64,000 nucleotides of DNA from Macrostomum lignano (Eukaryota), in NCBI GenBank assembly GCA_002269645.1, contig NIVC01000374.1:248001-312000 (forward strand), read 5' to 3'. How positions within the stretch are numbered: position 1 is the stretch's first letter; each line of letters begins with the position of its first letter. This document shows positions 1-39,192 of the stretch, one piece after another. The notes beneath the pieces are model-generated. The model was not told the origin of the DNA and searched no databases. It was given only the letters and a program-made list of their open reading frames with translations. The position numbers and the translations under genes are program-made.

Positions 1-392
1 TGTATAGACAAGTCTGCAGCAGTTAAACAAGGATGGCAAATCAAGGCGATGTGGGATGGTTTGTAAAAATATCGAAAAATTGATGAATAACAGATTACAA
101 TGCAATCCTACTAAATTAGTTACACCATGAAATTTTTAACATTAGGATTCGCATAAGGTACTTTAAAATTTAAATGGCCTCCTAAGAAATGCGTATTTCC
201 ATGGTTGTTAGACTGCTGCAGACTGTGGTGGTGGAGCTGGAGATATACAAATTTCTCTCAGGGCTGCTAATTGACCAGAAAGATGACGTTATTAAAGCAT
301 GAGAAATGATAACAACCATGATAGTACTACGTCCCACAAACTGGCTTTCGAAGCAGGGATCGGCAGATCGGCAGCTACGGGCCATATGAGAG

Positions 393-1850
393 TGAAAAGG
401 AAAAGGAATAGACTATTAGAAAGGGAGGAGGGGCGAGAGGGGATAAAAGAAAAGATAGAAGATAACAGGAAAGACGTACGAGGAGGTTGAGGAGAGAGCA
501 GAGAATATGGGACGAAGAAGCGAGAGGAGGGGAGAGAGAAGGGAGAGGAAATAGTAGAGGTGAGAAGATGGAGAGAGAAGAGGGGAGAGATGAGACAGAG
601 GATCGATGAGAGAGGAGAGTAGAGAAGAGTGAGAGGAGAGAACAAAGAGGAGATGAGAGTATCGAGAGGGGGGATTAGAAAGGATAGAGGGGAGGAGATA
701 AAAGGGGAGAGACGAGTGAGAAGAGAGAAGATAGAGATGAGAGAGAGAGAGTTGAGAAAGAAGAGAGGACAAAGGAGAGATGATAGAGTAAAGGGAAGAG
801 GAGGAGAGAGGAAAGAGATGAGATTGTAGAGATGAGTGAGATGAAAGGAAATATGAGAGAGTAGAGTAGAGATGAGAGATGAAGGAAGAGAGAGCAGAGT
901 GCGGAGAGACGAGAAAAGAGAATAGAGGGGAGAGAGTATAGAAGAGGGAAGAGAAGAGAGGAGTAAGGAAAGAGAGGAGTCAGAAGAGGGGAAAGAGAAG
1001 AGTACACAGTAGAGAGGAGAGTAGAGATGACAGAAGAGAGAGGGAAATGAGAGAGCAAAGATGAGAGTAAACAGACGATATAAGAGAGGAGAGAGGAGAG
1101 TGAGAGAGAAGAGAGAAGACAAGAGAGGGAGAGAGTATAGAAGAGAGAAGAGAAGAGACGAGAAGAAAGAAGAAAGGATCGAGTCCTCCTGAGTCAAAAA
1201 GGGGAAAGAGAGGAGTACAAGGGGAGAGAGGTGAGAGAACATATGAGAGTAAAGATGACAGATAAGAGAGGGGAGATGAGAGCAGAAACGAGAGTGAACA
1301 GACGAGAGATGGGGGAATAGAGAGAAAAGAGGAGAGATGAGAAGTGAGTGAGGAGAGAGGAGGGGAAGGGAGAGAATCGAGAGGACAGGGGAAATTGGTG
1401 AAAAGGACGAGGGAGGAGAGGAAAGAGGGGAGAGAAGAGAGAGAAGAGAGATAGGATAGGAGAGAGCAGAGAGATGAGAGGAGAGAGTGGACAGAGGAGA
1501 GGAAAGAGTTGAGAGAAGAGAGGAAAAAGGAGAGAGTAGAGATAAGGAAAGTGTTGAGAGAGGGTAGAGTAAGGAGTGAGAAGAGAGGTGAGGGAAGAGA
1601 GAGTAGAGAGCAGAGAGAAATGAGAAAAGATAAAACAGGAGAAAGGAGATATGAGAGACCAGAGACCAGAGCGAAGAGAGAAGAGAGAGAAAAGAATAGA
1701 GTGGAGAGGGAAGAGATGAGAGAAGAGACGAGAGAAGAGACGAGAGAGGAGAGAAGAAAGAAGAGATAAGAGGGGAGAAAAAGAAGAGACGAGAGAGAAG
1801 ATAGGAAACAGAAAAGAAGATGGAAGTTTCAAAGGATGCAAAGGACATAG
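393..1850. repeat. Aperiodic GA-rich low-complexity tract
   Basis: Almost pure purine + strand; yields spurious Leu/Ser-rich ORFs. Confidence 0.95.
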
Positions 1851-2682
1851 GGAGAGGCAGAGGTACGTAAAGGCCAGAGTTTGCCTGACATTCTGCGCAG
1901 CACCCCAGCCAACCATATCAATGTTTGCCTCAAATCCTAATTTTACATGAATGTGCACTACTTTATGTTTAACTCTATCCTAACTATTAACAAGGGAACA
2001 AGTTTTTGTTTAAGTTTTACCTCAGATTTTAGAATACATGCAAAAATAATTCCGGGGAATGGAGTTCCCCGGGTTCAAAATCCGCGGGTTTCAACAGCTT
2101 GTATTTATATATTATTTTCTATATAGTGTCAGGCTACTGTATTATTGCACTTAGTACTATATGATATGAATTGTTTCGAGTGTTGCAAGCCAGTATAATA
2201 ACTTCTATTAAAAATTAATATTTAAAAAGTGATCCTATTAGGATCACTGTGCATCCCAATCGCCCCATCAATTGTTCCCAGTTTTCAGCAGCCAATTTTG
2301 CAATTGTAAATAATCTATCATTTTTATTCAACTAATATTGTTGCCTCAAATGTAATAATATCTGATTGCTGCTGCTACTACTATTCATATATAAACTGTT
2401 ATTTCTACTGAAAGTAGCATTATTAGCGTGATTTCATCTACGATTCATGGGTGTTTATATTAACAGAATTTTCTTCATTCTTTTGTTCTAAATTGCCGAA
2501 AATTTAAAACGATAAAATTTGGTGGTTTTGTTTCAATAAATATAGACATGCAAAAGTAACCCACGTGTTTGATTTTAAATCGACCGAATCATATGAATAT
2601 TTCATAGTCAAAACCAATATTCAGTGGCGATGTCTTCTCGACTCTATTGTGCTTTTCTGTTAAAAAGTCAACTGACCCAATT

Positions 2683-3625
2683 GTCAGTGACAACTTGACT
2701 GGCTGTCAGTGACAATTTGACTGGCTGTCAGTGACAACTTGACTGGCTGTCAGTGACAACTTGACTGGCTGTCAGTAACAATTTGACTGGTTGTCAGTGA
2801 CAATTTGACTGGCTGTCAGTAACAATTTGACTGGCTGTCAGTAACAATTTGACTGGCTGTCAGTAACAATTTGACTGGCTGTCAGTAACAATTTGACTGG
2901 CTGTCAGCTAGTGACAACTTGACTGGCTGTCAGCTAGTGACAACTTGACTGGCTGTCAGTGACAACTTGACTGGCTGTCAATAACAATTTGACTGGCTGT
3001 CAATAACAATTTGACTGGCTGTCAGTAACAATTTGACTGGCTGTCAGTAACAATTTGACTGGCTGTCAGTAACAATTTGACTGGCTGTCAGCTAGTGACA
3101 ACTTGACTGGCTGTCAGCTAGTGACAACTTGACTGGCTGTCAGTGACGACTTGACTGGCTGTCAATAACAACTTGACTGGCTGTCAGTGACAACTTGACT
3201 GGCTGTCAGTAACAACTTGACTGTCTGTCAGTGACAACTTGACTGGCTGTCAGTGACAACTTGACTGTCTGTCAGTGACAACTTGACTGGCTGTCAGTGA
3301 CAATTTGACTGGCTGTCAGTGACAATTTGACTGGCTGTCAGTAACAATTTGACTGGCTGTCAATAACAATTTGACTGGCTGTCAGTGACAATTTGACTGG
3401 CTGTCAGTGACAATTTGACTGGCTGTCAGTGAAAACTTGACTGGCTGTCAGTAACAATTTGACTGGCTGTCAGTGACAATTTGACTGGCTGTCAGTGACA
3501 ATTTGACTGGCTGTCAGTGACAATTTGACTGGCTGTCAGTGACAACTTGACTGGCTGTCAGTAACAATTTGTTGACTGACTGTCAGCGACAATTTAACTG
3601 GCTGTCAGTGACAATTTGACTAACA
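2683..3625. repeat. 21-bp minisatellite TTGACTGGCTGTCAGTGACAA
   Basis: Direct inspection; about 40+ units. Confidence 0.95.
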
Positions 3626-4207
3626 ATTTATGTCAGTGCCAATAATGTGCTTTACGAGTAATACAAGTCGTATTTTCATGGCCAAATTCGTACGGGCAGT
3701 GAAAAATTTAATATTTTCCCAATTACTAAATTTTTAACCCTAATGCCGCGCATACGCCAGTAGTATCAGATGTGAAGATCAGATTTCCGTGTGCTCAAGT
3801 TTCCACAATGTCGCCATGAGTCGATATCAAAATCAATTGATTTTGCGTTGTTCAACTGTCTGGATACGATCGCTCTCACTGTGATTGGTTCGCGATAATT
3901 GTTAAGCAGCTGGCGAGTGAATGGTAATTGAGTTGCTTGCTTTATCTTGATCTTCCTGAGCTGACGACTAGAACGATATCAAGTTTCATTCCAAGCTTGA
4001 TTGAGGAGTGGGTGCTGCATGTAACTGGTATAAATTGTTGCATGCAAGCTCTGAGTTTCGGTAGCCTCTGGTAGCTGATCCACCGGTGCAAGTCAAATCG
4101 GAATTCCTGCTACATGTATGCAGTTTCGTTTGACCATAATTCATGTGCTTTGAGAATCTACTCGAAATACCCAGCAAAACTGTCTTAAAATCGAGTGAGA
4201 CTAGACT

Positions 4208-4950
4208 CCGAATCGCCAGAAGAATCGCCTCTGAATCGCCAGAAGAACCGCCTCTGAATCGCCAGAAGAACCGCCTCTGAATCTCCAGAAGAACCGCCTC
4301 TGAATCGCCAGAAGAACCGCCTCTGAATCTCCAAAAGAATCGCCTCTGAATCTCCAAAAGAATCGCCTCTGAATCTCCAGAAGAATCGCCTCTGAATCTC
4401 CAGAAGAATCACCTCTGAATCTCCAAAAGAATCGCCTCTGAATCTCCAAAAGAATCGCCTCTGAATCTCCAAAAGAATCGCCTCTGAATCGCCAGAAGAA
4501 TCGCCTCTGAATCTCCAGAAGAACCGCCTCTAAATCGCCAGAAGAACCGCCTCTGAATCTCCAAAAGAATCGCCTCTGAATCTCCAAAAGAATCGCCTCT
4601 GAATCTCCAAAAGAATCGCCTCTGAATCGCCAGAAGAATCGCCTCTGAATCTCCAGAAGAATCGCCTCTGAATCTCCAGAAGAACCGCCTCTAAATCGCC
4701 AGAAGAATCGCCTCTGAATCTCCAGAAGAATCGCCTCTGAATCTCCAGAAGAAGCGCCTCTGAATCTCCAGAAGAAGCGCCTCTGAATCTCCAGAAGAAT
4801 CGCCTCTGAATCGCCAGAAGAATCGCAAGAAGAATCTTCAGAAGAATCGCCTCTGAATCGCCAGAAGAATCGCCTCTAAATCGCCAGAAGAATCGCCTCT
4901 GAATCTCCAGAAGAATCGCCTCTGAATCTCCAGAAGAATCGCCAGAAGAA
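4208..4950. repeat. 23-bp minisatellite GAATCGCCTCTGAATCTCCAGAA
   Basis: Direct inspection; 23-aa periodic spurious ORFs. Confidence 0.95.
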
Positions 4951-4985
4951 TTGCCTGCTGGAGTAGCCGTCCCTCCGTCAGACTG

Positions 4986-7900
4986 ATGGATCCGCCAGAT
5001 TCCGCAGACGGTCGGCAGCCCCAGGAGCAGGTCTGCAGTTACCAGCTGGACCCGCTTCAGGCCAGCCTGATGTCCGCCGAGTTTGGCTTTGATTTCGAGT
5101 CGCAATCGATGACGTCACTGATGTCCGATTGGGATGCGCCGAGGGTGGAAAACCTGCACTATGAACACGTGCAGCAGCAGCAGCAGTTTAACTGTGACCG
5201 CTTGCTGACCCAGCTGAGCAGCGCAGATGATGAGCTCAACTCTCAGCAGCATCAGCAAACTCAACTTTTATCCGATCTGCTTGCCGAATTAGACGAACCG
5301 GCACCTCCTGCTGCTGGTCATGCGTCATTGTGGGAGATGGCGTCACCCGATGTAGCAACTATTGATAGTAGTGTAGCAGGACCTGCAGCTGGACCGGCGG
5401 AGCCAGCCTCATCAGCTTATCAGTGTCACTGGATTGGCTGTTCCATGGTTTGTTAAATTTAGATTTTATATTGTCTGACACCCCACAATCGGAGCTCCTT
5501 ACACCGCTAAAATCAAAGCTCCTGACACCCTAAATTCGAAGTTCCCGACACCCCTAAAATCGGAGCTCCTGACACCGCTAAAGTCAGAGCTCCTGACACC
5601 CTTTAAAATCAGAGCTCCTGACACCCCTTAAAATCAGAGCTCCTGACACCGCTAAAATCAGAGCTCCTGACACCCCACAATCGGAGCTCCTGACACCCCT
5701 TAAAATCAGAGCTCCTGACACCCCTTAAAATCAAAGCTCCTGACACCGCTAAAATCAGAGCTCCTGACACCCCACAATCGGAGCTCCTGACACCCCACAA
5801 TCGGAGCTCCTGACACCCCACAATCGGAGCTCCTGACACCCCACAATCGGAGCTCCTGACACCCTAAAATCGGAGCTCCTGACACCCCTCAATCGGAGCT
5901 ACTGACACCCTAAAATCGGAGCCACTGACACCCCAAAATCGGAGCTGTTGACACCCTAGAAGCAGAGCTACTGACGCCCCAAAATCGGAGCTCCTGACAC
6001 CCTAGAAGCAGAGCTACTGACACCCCAAAATCGGAGCTTCTGACACCCTAGAGCTACTGATTCTTCACAATCGGAGCTCCTGACGCCCCACAAACGGAGC
6101 TTCTGACATCCCTAAAATCGGAGCTCCTGACACCCCAAAATCAGAGCTCCTGACGCCCCACAAACGGAGCTTCTGACATCCCTAAAATCGGAGCTCCTGA
6201 CACCCCAAAATCAGAGCTCCTGACACCCCACCATCAGAGCTCCTGACATCTCTAAGATAGGACCAGATTTGACCAGATATTAGCGTTGGAACAATGACCG
6301 CACATTCCAGCGATTCCCCGAGGTCAGTCAGCTGGTGGCTCACATTGAGCGACTGCATATCGACCGACGCTCTTTGAACGACGAGTACACCTGCTTCTGG
6401 AATGGCTGCGCAAGGAAGCGAAGGCCTTTCAATGCGAGATACAAACTGCTAATCCATATGCGAGTGCACAGCGGAGAGCGGCCGAACACCTGCCCTCATC
6501 CTGGGTGCGGCAAGGTGGGTGCAAGGGTGTACCGTGGCCAAGAGTGCATGACGCTCTGGTGTGCCAGCGGCCCAGGCTCGATTCCAAGTGCAGTCGCATT
6601 AATTTTGGGGCTAAACTGGAATCTCGGCTTGGCTCTGCTCGTGCAATTAACGCTGTACACTCCTTTGTGTGTATTGTAATAATAATAATAATAATAATTA
6701 CACCTGCCCTATAGCTATTGCGGTGCGAATCTGATAGCTGCGTACGGCTGTTCAGTCCAAGGACTGGGGGGTCGCCCCACACAGCCTCAATTACCCCAGC
6801 TAATGCTGGGCTAACCCCATTTTACAGCTGAGTGAACTGAAGAAATGCAGAGTTAAGTGTCTTGCTCAAGGACACAAATTGTTCCAGTGGGATCGGGAAT
6901 CGAATCCCCGACCTTCAAGTCGTGAGTCCGCGACGCTCTGACCCCTAAGCTACAGGTGAGTGCCTGTGCGTATGACTGCGTCGTAATTGTGTGCCTGCTC
7001 AATGGAGTCGGTAGAGTGGGCAGTGATGCCTCTTGCCGGTTGTGTGACAATGTCGCTTAAAGTGAGCCCGGGTGCACATAGCGCCCCCTGTCTCTAATAA
7101 ATGAGTAAAGCTTTTTTGTATCAGAGCGACAGGCTCTGCAGTAAACTGATCACAGCCTCTCCATTCTCCATCAACGCTAGGCTTTCTCCCGCCTGGAGAA
7201 TCTGAAGATTCATTTTCGTTCCCACACTGGCGAGCGTCCTTACGCCTGCGGTTTCCCGGCCTGCGACAGAGCGTTTAGCAACTCGTCTGACAGGGCCAAG
7301 CACCAGAGGACTCACTGTGATGAGGTCTGTCAGTTGCAACAGTTAAAATATAACATTCTCATCTTGTACGTGTAGGTCAGCGCTTATTTTCTAATAGAAA
7401 GCTAATTCACGTCGAAAACCGACTCTTGAAGTCGTGTGCGAGCGTACATGTAACTCACTCTTTTAAGAGTTGTGCGTTATTAAAATTGAGACCTAATAAA
7501 GCCTAATAAGGACCTAATAGGACCTATAAAGCTTAACGGAGACCAAATAAACTTAATAAGGGCCTAGTAAGTCTAATAAAGAAGCCTAACAAGGACCTGA
7601 TAAACTATATTATTATCTAATCCAATATTATATATACATTAAGCCAATCTTAATAAGGACCTAGCTCGTGATAAGTCTATTGTAAGAACCAAATACGACC
7701 TAAAAGTACCAATAAGGACCTATATAATAAGCCTAATAAAGACCTAATAAACATAATAAGAATCTAAAAAAGCCTTATAAGGAATCTGTATTTAGGTCAA
7801 TGTACTTTTCCCTAACACCCAACCCGTCTCCAGAAGCCGTACATCTGCGAAATTGCCGGCTGCCAGAAGCGCTACACAGATCCCAGTTCGCTCAGGAAGC

Positions 7901-8082
7901 ACAGCCGCTGCCACGTTGGCAATGCTTTAGAGTGCTTCGGCAGTAGCAGCAGCAGCAACAGCAGCAATAGCAATACTGTTGTCATGGCAACTGACCTTCC
8001 AATAGATCAGCACGAGATCCTAACGCCCCTGCCTTGCGCTTTTGGAGACGGCGAAATCGTTGGGTCAGCTGATTTGTTTTGA
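4986..8082 (+). CDS. GLIS1/3: GLIS1/3 (lame duck-like) C2H2 zinc-finger transcription factor, 4 coding exons: 4986-5447, 6311-6514, 7181-7324, 7834-8082 (~352 aa)
   Basis: Spliced translation gives five Gli-type fingers: CHWIGCSM|[49 protein letters not shown]|[75 protein letters not shown] is GLIS1/3-like. All introns are GT-AG and phase 0. The start ATG is uncertain. Confidence 0.92.
5483..6250. repeat. ~23-bp minisatellite CGGAGCTCCTGACACCCCACAAT (GLIS intron 1)
   Basis: Direct inspection. Confidence 0.93.
6677..6955 (-). mobile_element. tRNA-derived SINE with CORE-like central domain and (ATT)n tail, in GLIS intron 2
   Basis: Minus strand: A-box-like TAGCTTAGGGG, B-box GATTCGATTCC, then TGTGTCCTTGAGCAAGACACTTAAC...CAGCTGTAAAATGGGG, which resembles the MIR/CORE consensus (comparison from memory); second copy at 55.9-57.4 kb. 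Confidence 0.8.
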
Positions 8083-8355
8083 CTGAATAGTTCTCCACTT
8101 TCGTCTGCAAAAATGTCGTCTGTGTTACTTTAAGTAGCTAGTTAGCAATAGAGATACTTGCAAGTGAAAATTCTACTGGATCAGTAGTTCGTCTAACTGT
8201 ATCGGTTGATTGGCGATAGGCGATACCACATGGTATTTATCACATGGATACACTTAGCATGCTACTAGAATAAGTAGCACGATACACGCACGTCGTTTTT
8301 TAAAAATATACTATTAATCTCAAATACAATAAAATGAACTAATTCACTTTGATGA

Positions 8356-9776
8356 AGGCTAAAGGAGTCATTCTCTTTTGGGAGGCTAAGGGGTGACTCT
8401 AAAGGCTAAGGGAGTGACTCTCTCATCGTAGGCTAAGGAGTGACTCTCTTATGGTCAGCTAAGGAGTGACTCTCTCATCGTAGGCTAAGGAGTGACTCTC
8501 TCATCGTACGCTAAGGAGTGACTCTCTTATCGTACGCTAAGGAGTGACTCTCTTATGGTCAGCTAAGGAGTGACTCTCTTTTGGTCAGCTAAGGAGTGAC
8601 TCTCTTATGGTCAGCTAAGGAGTGACTCTCTTTTGGTCAGCTAAGGAGTGACTCTCTTATGGTAGGCTAAAAGAATGACTCATATGGGAGGCTAAGGAGT
8701 GACTTAAAAGTTAAGGGAGTGACTCTCATGATAGTCTGAGGGAGTGACTCTCATGGTAGGCTAAGGGAGTGACTCTCATGGTAGGCTAAGGGAGTGAGTC
8801 TCATGGTAGGCTAAGGGAGTGACTCTCATGGTAGGCTAAGGGAGTGACTCTCATGGTAGGCTAAGGGAGTGACTCTCACGGTAGGCTAAGGAGTGACTCT
8901 CTAATAGTAGGCTAAGGAGTGACTCTCTAATAGTAGGCTAAGGAGTGACTCTCTAATGCTAGGCTAAGGAGTGACTCTCTAATGCTAGGCTAAGGAGTGA
9001 CTCTCTTATGGCCAGCTAAGGAGTGACTCTCTTATGGCCAGCTAAGGAGTGACTCTCTTATGGTAGGCTAAGGGAGTGACTCTCATGGTAGGCTAAGGAG
9101 TGACTCTCTTATGGTCAGCTAAGGAGTGACTCTCTTATGGTAGGCTAAGGGAGTGACTCTCTAATGCTAGGCTAAGGAGTGACTCTCTTATGGCCAGCTA
9201 AGGAGTGACTCTCTTATGGTAGGCTAAGGGAGTGACTCTCATGGTAGGCTAAGGAGTGACTCTCTAATGCTAGGCTAAGGAGTGACTCTCTTATGGCCAG
9301 CTAAGGAGTGACTCTCTTATGGTAGGCTAAGGAGTGACTCTCTTATGGCCAGCTAAGGAGTGACTCTCTTATGGCCAGCTAAGGAGTGACTCTCTTATGG
9401 TAGGCTAAGGGAGTGACTCTCATGGTAGGCTAAGGAGTGACTCTCTTATGGTCAGCTAAGGAGTGACTCTCTTATGGTAGGCTAAGGGAGTGACTCTCTA
9501 ATGCTAGGCTAAGGAGTGACTCTCTTATGGCCAGCTAAGGAGTGACTCTCTTATGGTAGGCTAAGGGAGTGACTCTCATGGTAGGCTAAGGAGTGACTCT
9601 CTAATGCTAGGCTAAGGAGTGACTCTCTTATGGCCAGCTAAGGAGTGACTCTCTTATGGTAGGCTAAGGGAGTGACTCTCATGGTAGGCTAAGGAGTGAC
9701 TCTCTAATGCTAGGCTAAGGAGTGACTCTCTTATGGCCAGCTAAGGAGTGACTCTCTTATGGTAGGCTAAGGAGTA
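8356..9776. repeat. 26-27-bp minisatellite GGCTAAGGAGTGACTCTCTTATGGTA
   Basis: Direct inspection; resumes briefly at 10086-10130 after the solo LTR. Confidence 0.95.
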
Positions 9777-9783
9777 CCATAAG

Positions 9784-10080
9784 TGTCAGATAGTTATGTG
9801 TATGGCTTGGCTAGGTCTCTCAGTTAGTTATAATTATTATTATTTGTTTATTTTTTAGTTCTAATGCACTTTTGCCACCCCAGTGTCGGGGGGGGGGGTT
9901 TGGAGTTGGTTATTTACTCTCTCTCTCTCTCTCTGTGTGTTGTTCAGTCACCCACCCCTAATCTCTGTCTGTGAATGAGTCAGTGAATCAATATAAATAA
10001 ATATAACACCGCGCGTGGAGAGTTTCACGTGTCCTTTCTTTTCTACTTCTAATTACAATCACTCGGCTCATAATTTCACA
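9784..10080. mobile_element. Probable solo LTR (297 bp) inserted in a minisatellite
   Basis: Begins TGTCA and ends TCACA; flanked by ATAAG at 9779-9783 and 10081-10085; contains AATAAA near 9995; array sequence resumes on the right. Confidence 0.72.
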
Positions 10081-10139
10081 ATAAGTGACTCTCTTATTGT
10101 AGGCTAAGGGAGTGACTCTCATGGTAAGCCAATTGAAGT

Positions 10140-11245
10140 GACTCTCGGTGAAGGCTAGGAGTGACTGTCAGTGGAGGCTAGGAGTGACTGTCAGTGAAGG
10201 CTAGGAGTGACTGTCAGTGAAGGCTAGGAGTGACTCTCAGTGAAGGCTAGGAGTGACTGTCAGTGGAGGCTAGGAGTGACTGTCAGTGAAGGCTAGGAGT
10301 GACTGTCAGTGAAGGCTAGGAGTGACTGTCAGTGGAGGCTAGGAGTGACTGTCAGTGGAGGCTAGGAGTGACTGTCAGTGGAGGCTAGGAGTGACTGTCA
10401 GTGGAGGCTAGGAGTGACTCTCAGTGAAGGCTAGGAGTGACTGTCAGTGGAGGCTAGGAGTGACTGTCAGTGAAGGCTAGGAGTGACTGTCAGTGGAGGC
10501 TAGGAGTGACTCTCAGTGAAGGCTAGGAGTGACTGTCAGTGGAGGCTAGGAGTGACTGTCAGTGGAGGCTAGGAGTGACTCTCAGTGAAGGCTAGGAGTG
10601 ACTGTCAGTGGAGGCTAGGAGTGACTGTCAGTGGAGGCTAGGAGTGACTGTCAGTGGAGGCTAGGAGTGACTCTCAGTGAAGGCTAGGAGTGACTGTCAG
10701 TGGAGGCTAGGAGTGACTGTCAGTGAAGGCTAGGAGTGACTGTCAGTGGAGGCTAGGAGTGACTCTCAGTGAAGGCTAGGAGTGACTGTCAGTGAAGGCT
10801 AGGAGTGACTGTCAGTGGAGGCTAGGAGTGACTGTCAGTGAAGGCTAGGAGTGACTGTCAGTGGAGGCTAGGAGTGACTGTCAGTGGAGGCTAGGAGTGA
10901 CTCTCAGTGAAGGCTAGGAGTGACTGTCAGTGGAGGCTAGGAGTGACTGTCAGTGGAGGCTAGGAGTGACTGTCAGTGGAGGCTAGGAGTGACTGTCAGT
11001 GGAGGCTAGGAGTGACTGTCAGTGAAGGCTAGGAGTGACTGTCAGTGAAGGCTAGGAGTGACTGTCAGTGAAGGCTAGGAGTGACTGTCAGTGAAGGCTA
11101 GGAGTGACTGTCAGTGAAGGCTAGGAGTGACTGTCAGTGAAGGCTAAGAGTGACTGTCAGTGAAGACTAGGAGTGACTGTCAGTGGAGGCTAGGAGTGAC
11201 TATCAGTGGAGGCTAGGAGTGACTCTCAGTGAAGGCTAGGAGTGA
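10140..11245. repeat. 23-bp minisatellite AGGCTAGGAGTGACTGTCAGTG(A/G)
   Basis: Direct inspection; shares the GGCTA(A)GGAGTGACT core with the 8.4-9.8 kb array. Confidence 0.95.
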
Positions 11246-12019
11246 CCCTCAAGAGGGCTGAGTGCGTCACGGGAAAATAACAAAGAAGTCATCAAACAAA
11301 CCGCGGTGCATTTAAATTAACGCAAGACTTTAAAAAAAAAACAAACATATCGTACAGACGCATTCTGCAGGTTGCCAAGTGAATTTGAATTAACAGTTTT
11401 GTTTTATTTAAATTGCTTCACTTACTTTCTCCACCATTCGTCAGTAAAAATGCATCAGACAGAGAAAAACCGCATTGAAGTACAAATCACGCACAGTTCG
11501 ATACTAACAAAAAAACCCTACATATCGCATCGTTATTATTTGCATAACTTACGTACATTTTTAAGGTTTATCATACGCAGCTAAATTGTTATTAAACTGA
11601 ATATACTACTATTCAAATTTAAAAGTACACAAAAACAAGATTGTAATCGCAATTATTAGAAACCGGATTACACACTTTAACGAGCAGAAATATGCCGTCA
11701 AAAATGAACATTTCTTTCGCATTCTAAGGATTCTTTTAGTCATAGCGCGCAAAGAAATTCTAACAACATACGGTATAGACTACTGTTCTAGACTATACGC
11801 AAGTAGTGCAGAAAACATTCGACAATATGGTTTGTGTCATAGAGTAGAATTAAATCTTACGCATTTTTTGTTGGCTTTGTTGATGCACAGATTGCAGGGG
11901 GCGTCTTGTCTAGAATGGGGTGCATTGACAACGGGCAGGGACTGTTTAAATCAGCCATGAATATTAAATTAACAACAATAAGTGTTGATTTATATTGAAA
12001 ACTGGTGCATGCTAATCCC

Positions 12020-12525
12020 CAAGAGAATAAACTAAACTCTAGAAAAAACACCCAGAATAAACTAAACCCTAGAATAAACACCCAGAATAAACTAAACCCT
12101 AGAATAAACACCCAGAATAAACTAAACCTTAGAAAAAACACCCAGAATAAACTAAACCTTAGAAAAAACACCCAGAATAAACTAACTAAACCCCAGAATA
12201 AACACTCCGAATAAACCAACTAAACCCCAGAATAAACACTCAGAATAAACTAGCTAAACCCTAGAATAAACACACTGAGTACACTAAACAAACCCTAGAA
12301 TAAACACCCAAAATAAACTAACTAAACCCCAGAATAAACACCCGATTTTCCCGTAACACACAGGAAACCCACAAAAAAACGAAACCTTATAATAAACACC
12401 CAACATAAATTAAACCCAAGAATAAACACCCAGAATAAACTAAACCCTATAATAAACACCCAGAATAAACTAAACCCTATAATAAACACCCAGAATAAAC
12501 TAAACCCTATAATAAATACTCAGAA
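12020..12525. repeat. ~30-bp A-rich minisatellite CCCAGAATAAACTAAACCCTAGAATAAACA
   Basis: Direct inspection; 10-aa periodic spurious ORF. Confidence 0.9.
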
Positions 12526-13250
12526 TGCACGAGACTATTTAATCCGAAGTTAACCTGAAACAAAATGGCAAAGCGTTGCACACAATAGTAAAAAGTGTGA
12601 ACAGAAACGTGACCAGATAGAATTTATAACAGACAAGAGCAGCGCGTAAACAGCTGAGGTAATAATAAATAAACTCACATTTTTAAAAGTACATTTAGTC
12701 TAAAAAATCCACTAATAATATCGGCGTACATTTATATCACATAAATAATCAATATAAACAAATGTGACTGAGATTTTTCAACAACAATTGTTCAACGAAA
12801 TAATTGTAAAATGTCTCTATCAATCTATTAGTAGTTAAAAAAGGACATGTTAAACTCTTTAGACAGTGCAAAAATTATAATACATTTAGAAACAAACGGT
12901 ACTCAAGCGCAGCCTAATACATTTTAGGATGTACATATCGTTGGGTAAAACGTTATTGGGATAAGAGAAGATTGAAGTATTAAGGACTTAAATTGGACGA
13001 AATAGCAAACACAGCTATCACAGCTCCGGCCACTTGACTAGAGATTCAAAAAGATAAACAAAAAGATTTTAAAGTATAACAAGGTCTGTCCAATGCAAAA
13101 CTTATTAATATCAGCTGCAAAAACGCATTGCAAATTAGCTTGTTGACTTGGTAATAACAATTAGTGTTCAAGTTGTTCAGTTATAAGGAAAAGCAACAAA
13201 ATTGTTGATCTTGTACTCGTCCAGGGTATTCGAAGGCTCGTCAATGTTGA

Positions 13251-39192
<25,942 letters not shown>

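Noticed and set aside
182-385. Possible spliced gene joining 1958-1868 to an exon below 370 on the minus strand
   Set aside because: Splice sites are plausible but no translation resembles a protein family I recognise.
292-1958. Long Leu/Ser/Phe-rich ORFs (518 aa, 254 aa and others)
   Set aside because: By-products of the GA-rich tract; no domain content.
3986-5105. Repetitive EIQRRFFWRFRG ORFs
   Set aside because: Translations of the 23-bp minisatellite.
12020-12525. Telomere-like TAAACCCT motifs
   Set aside because: Embedded in a 30-bp unit, not a tandem telomeric repeat.
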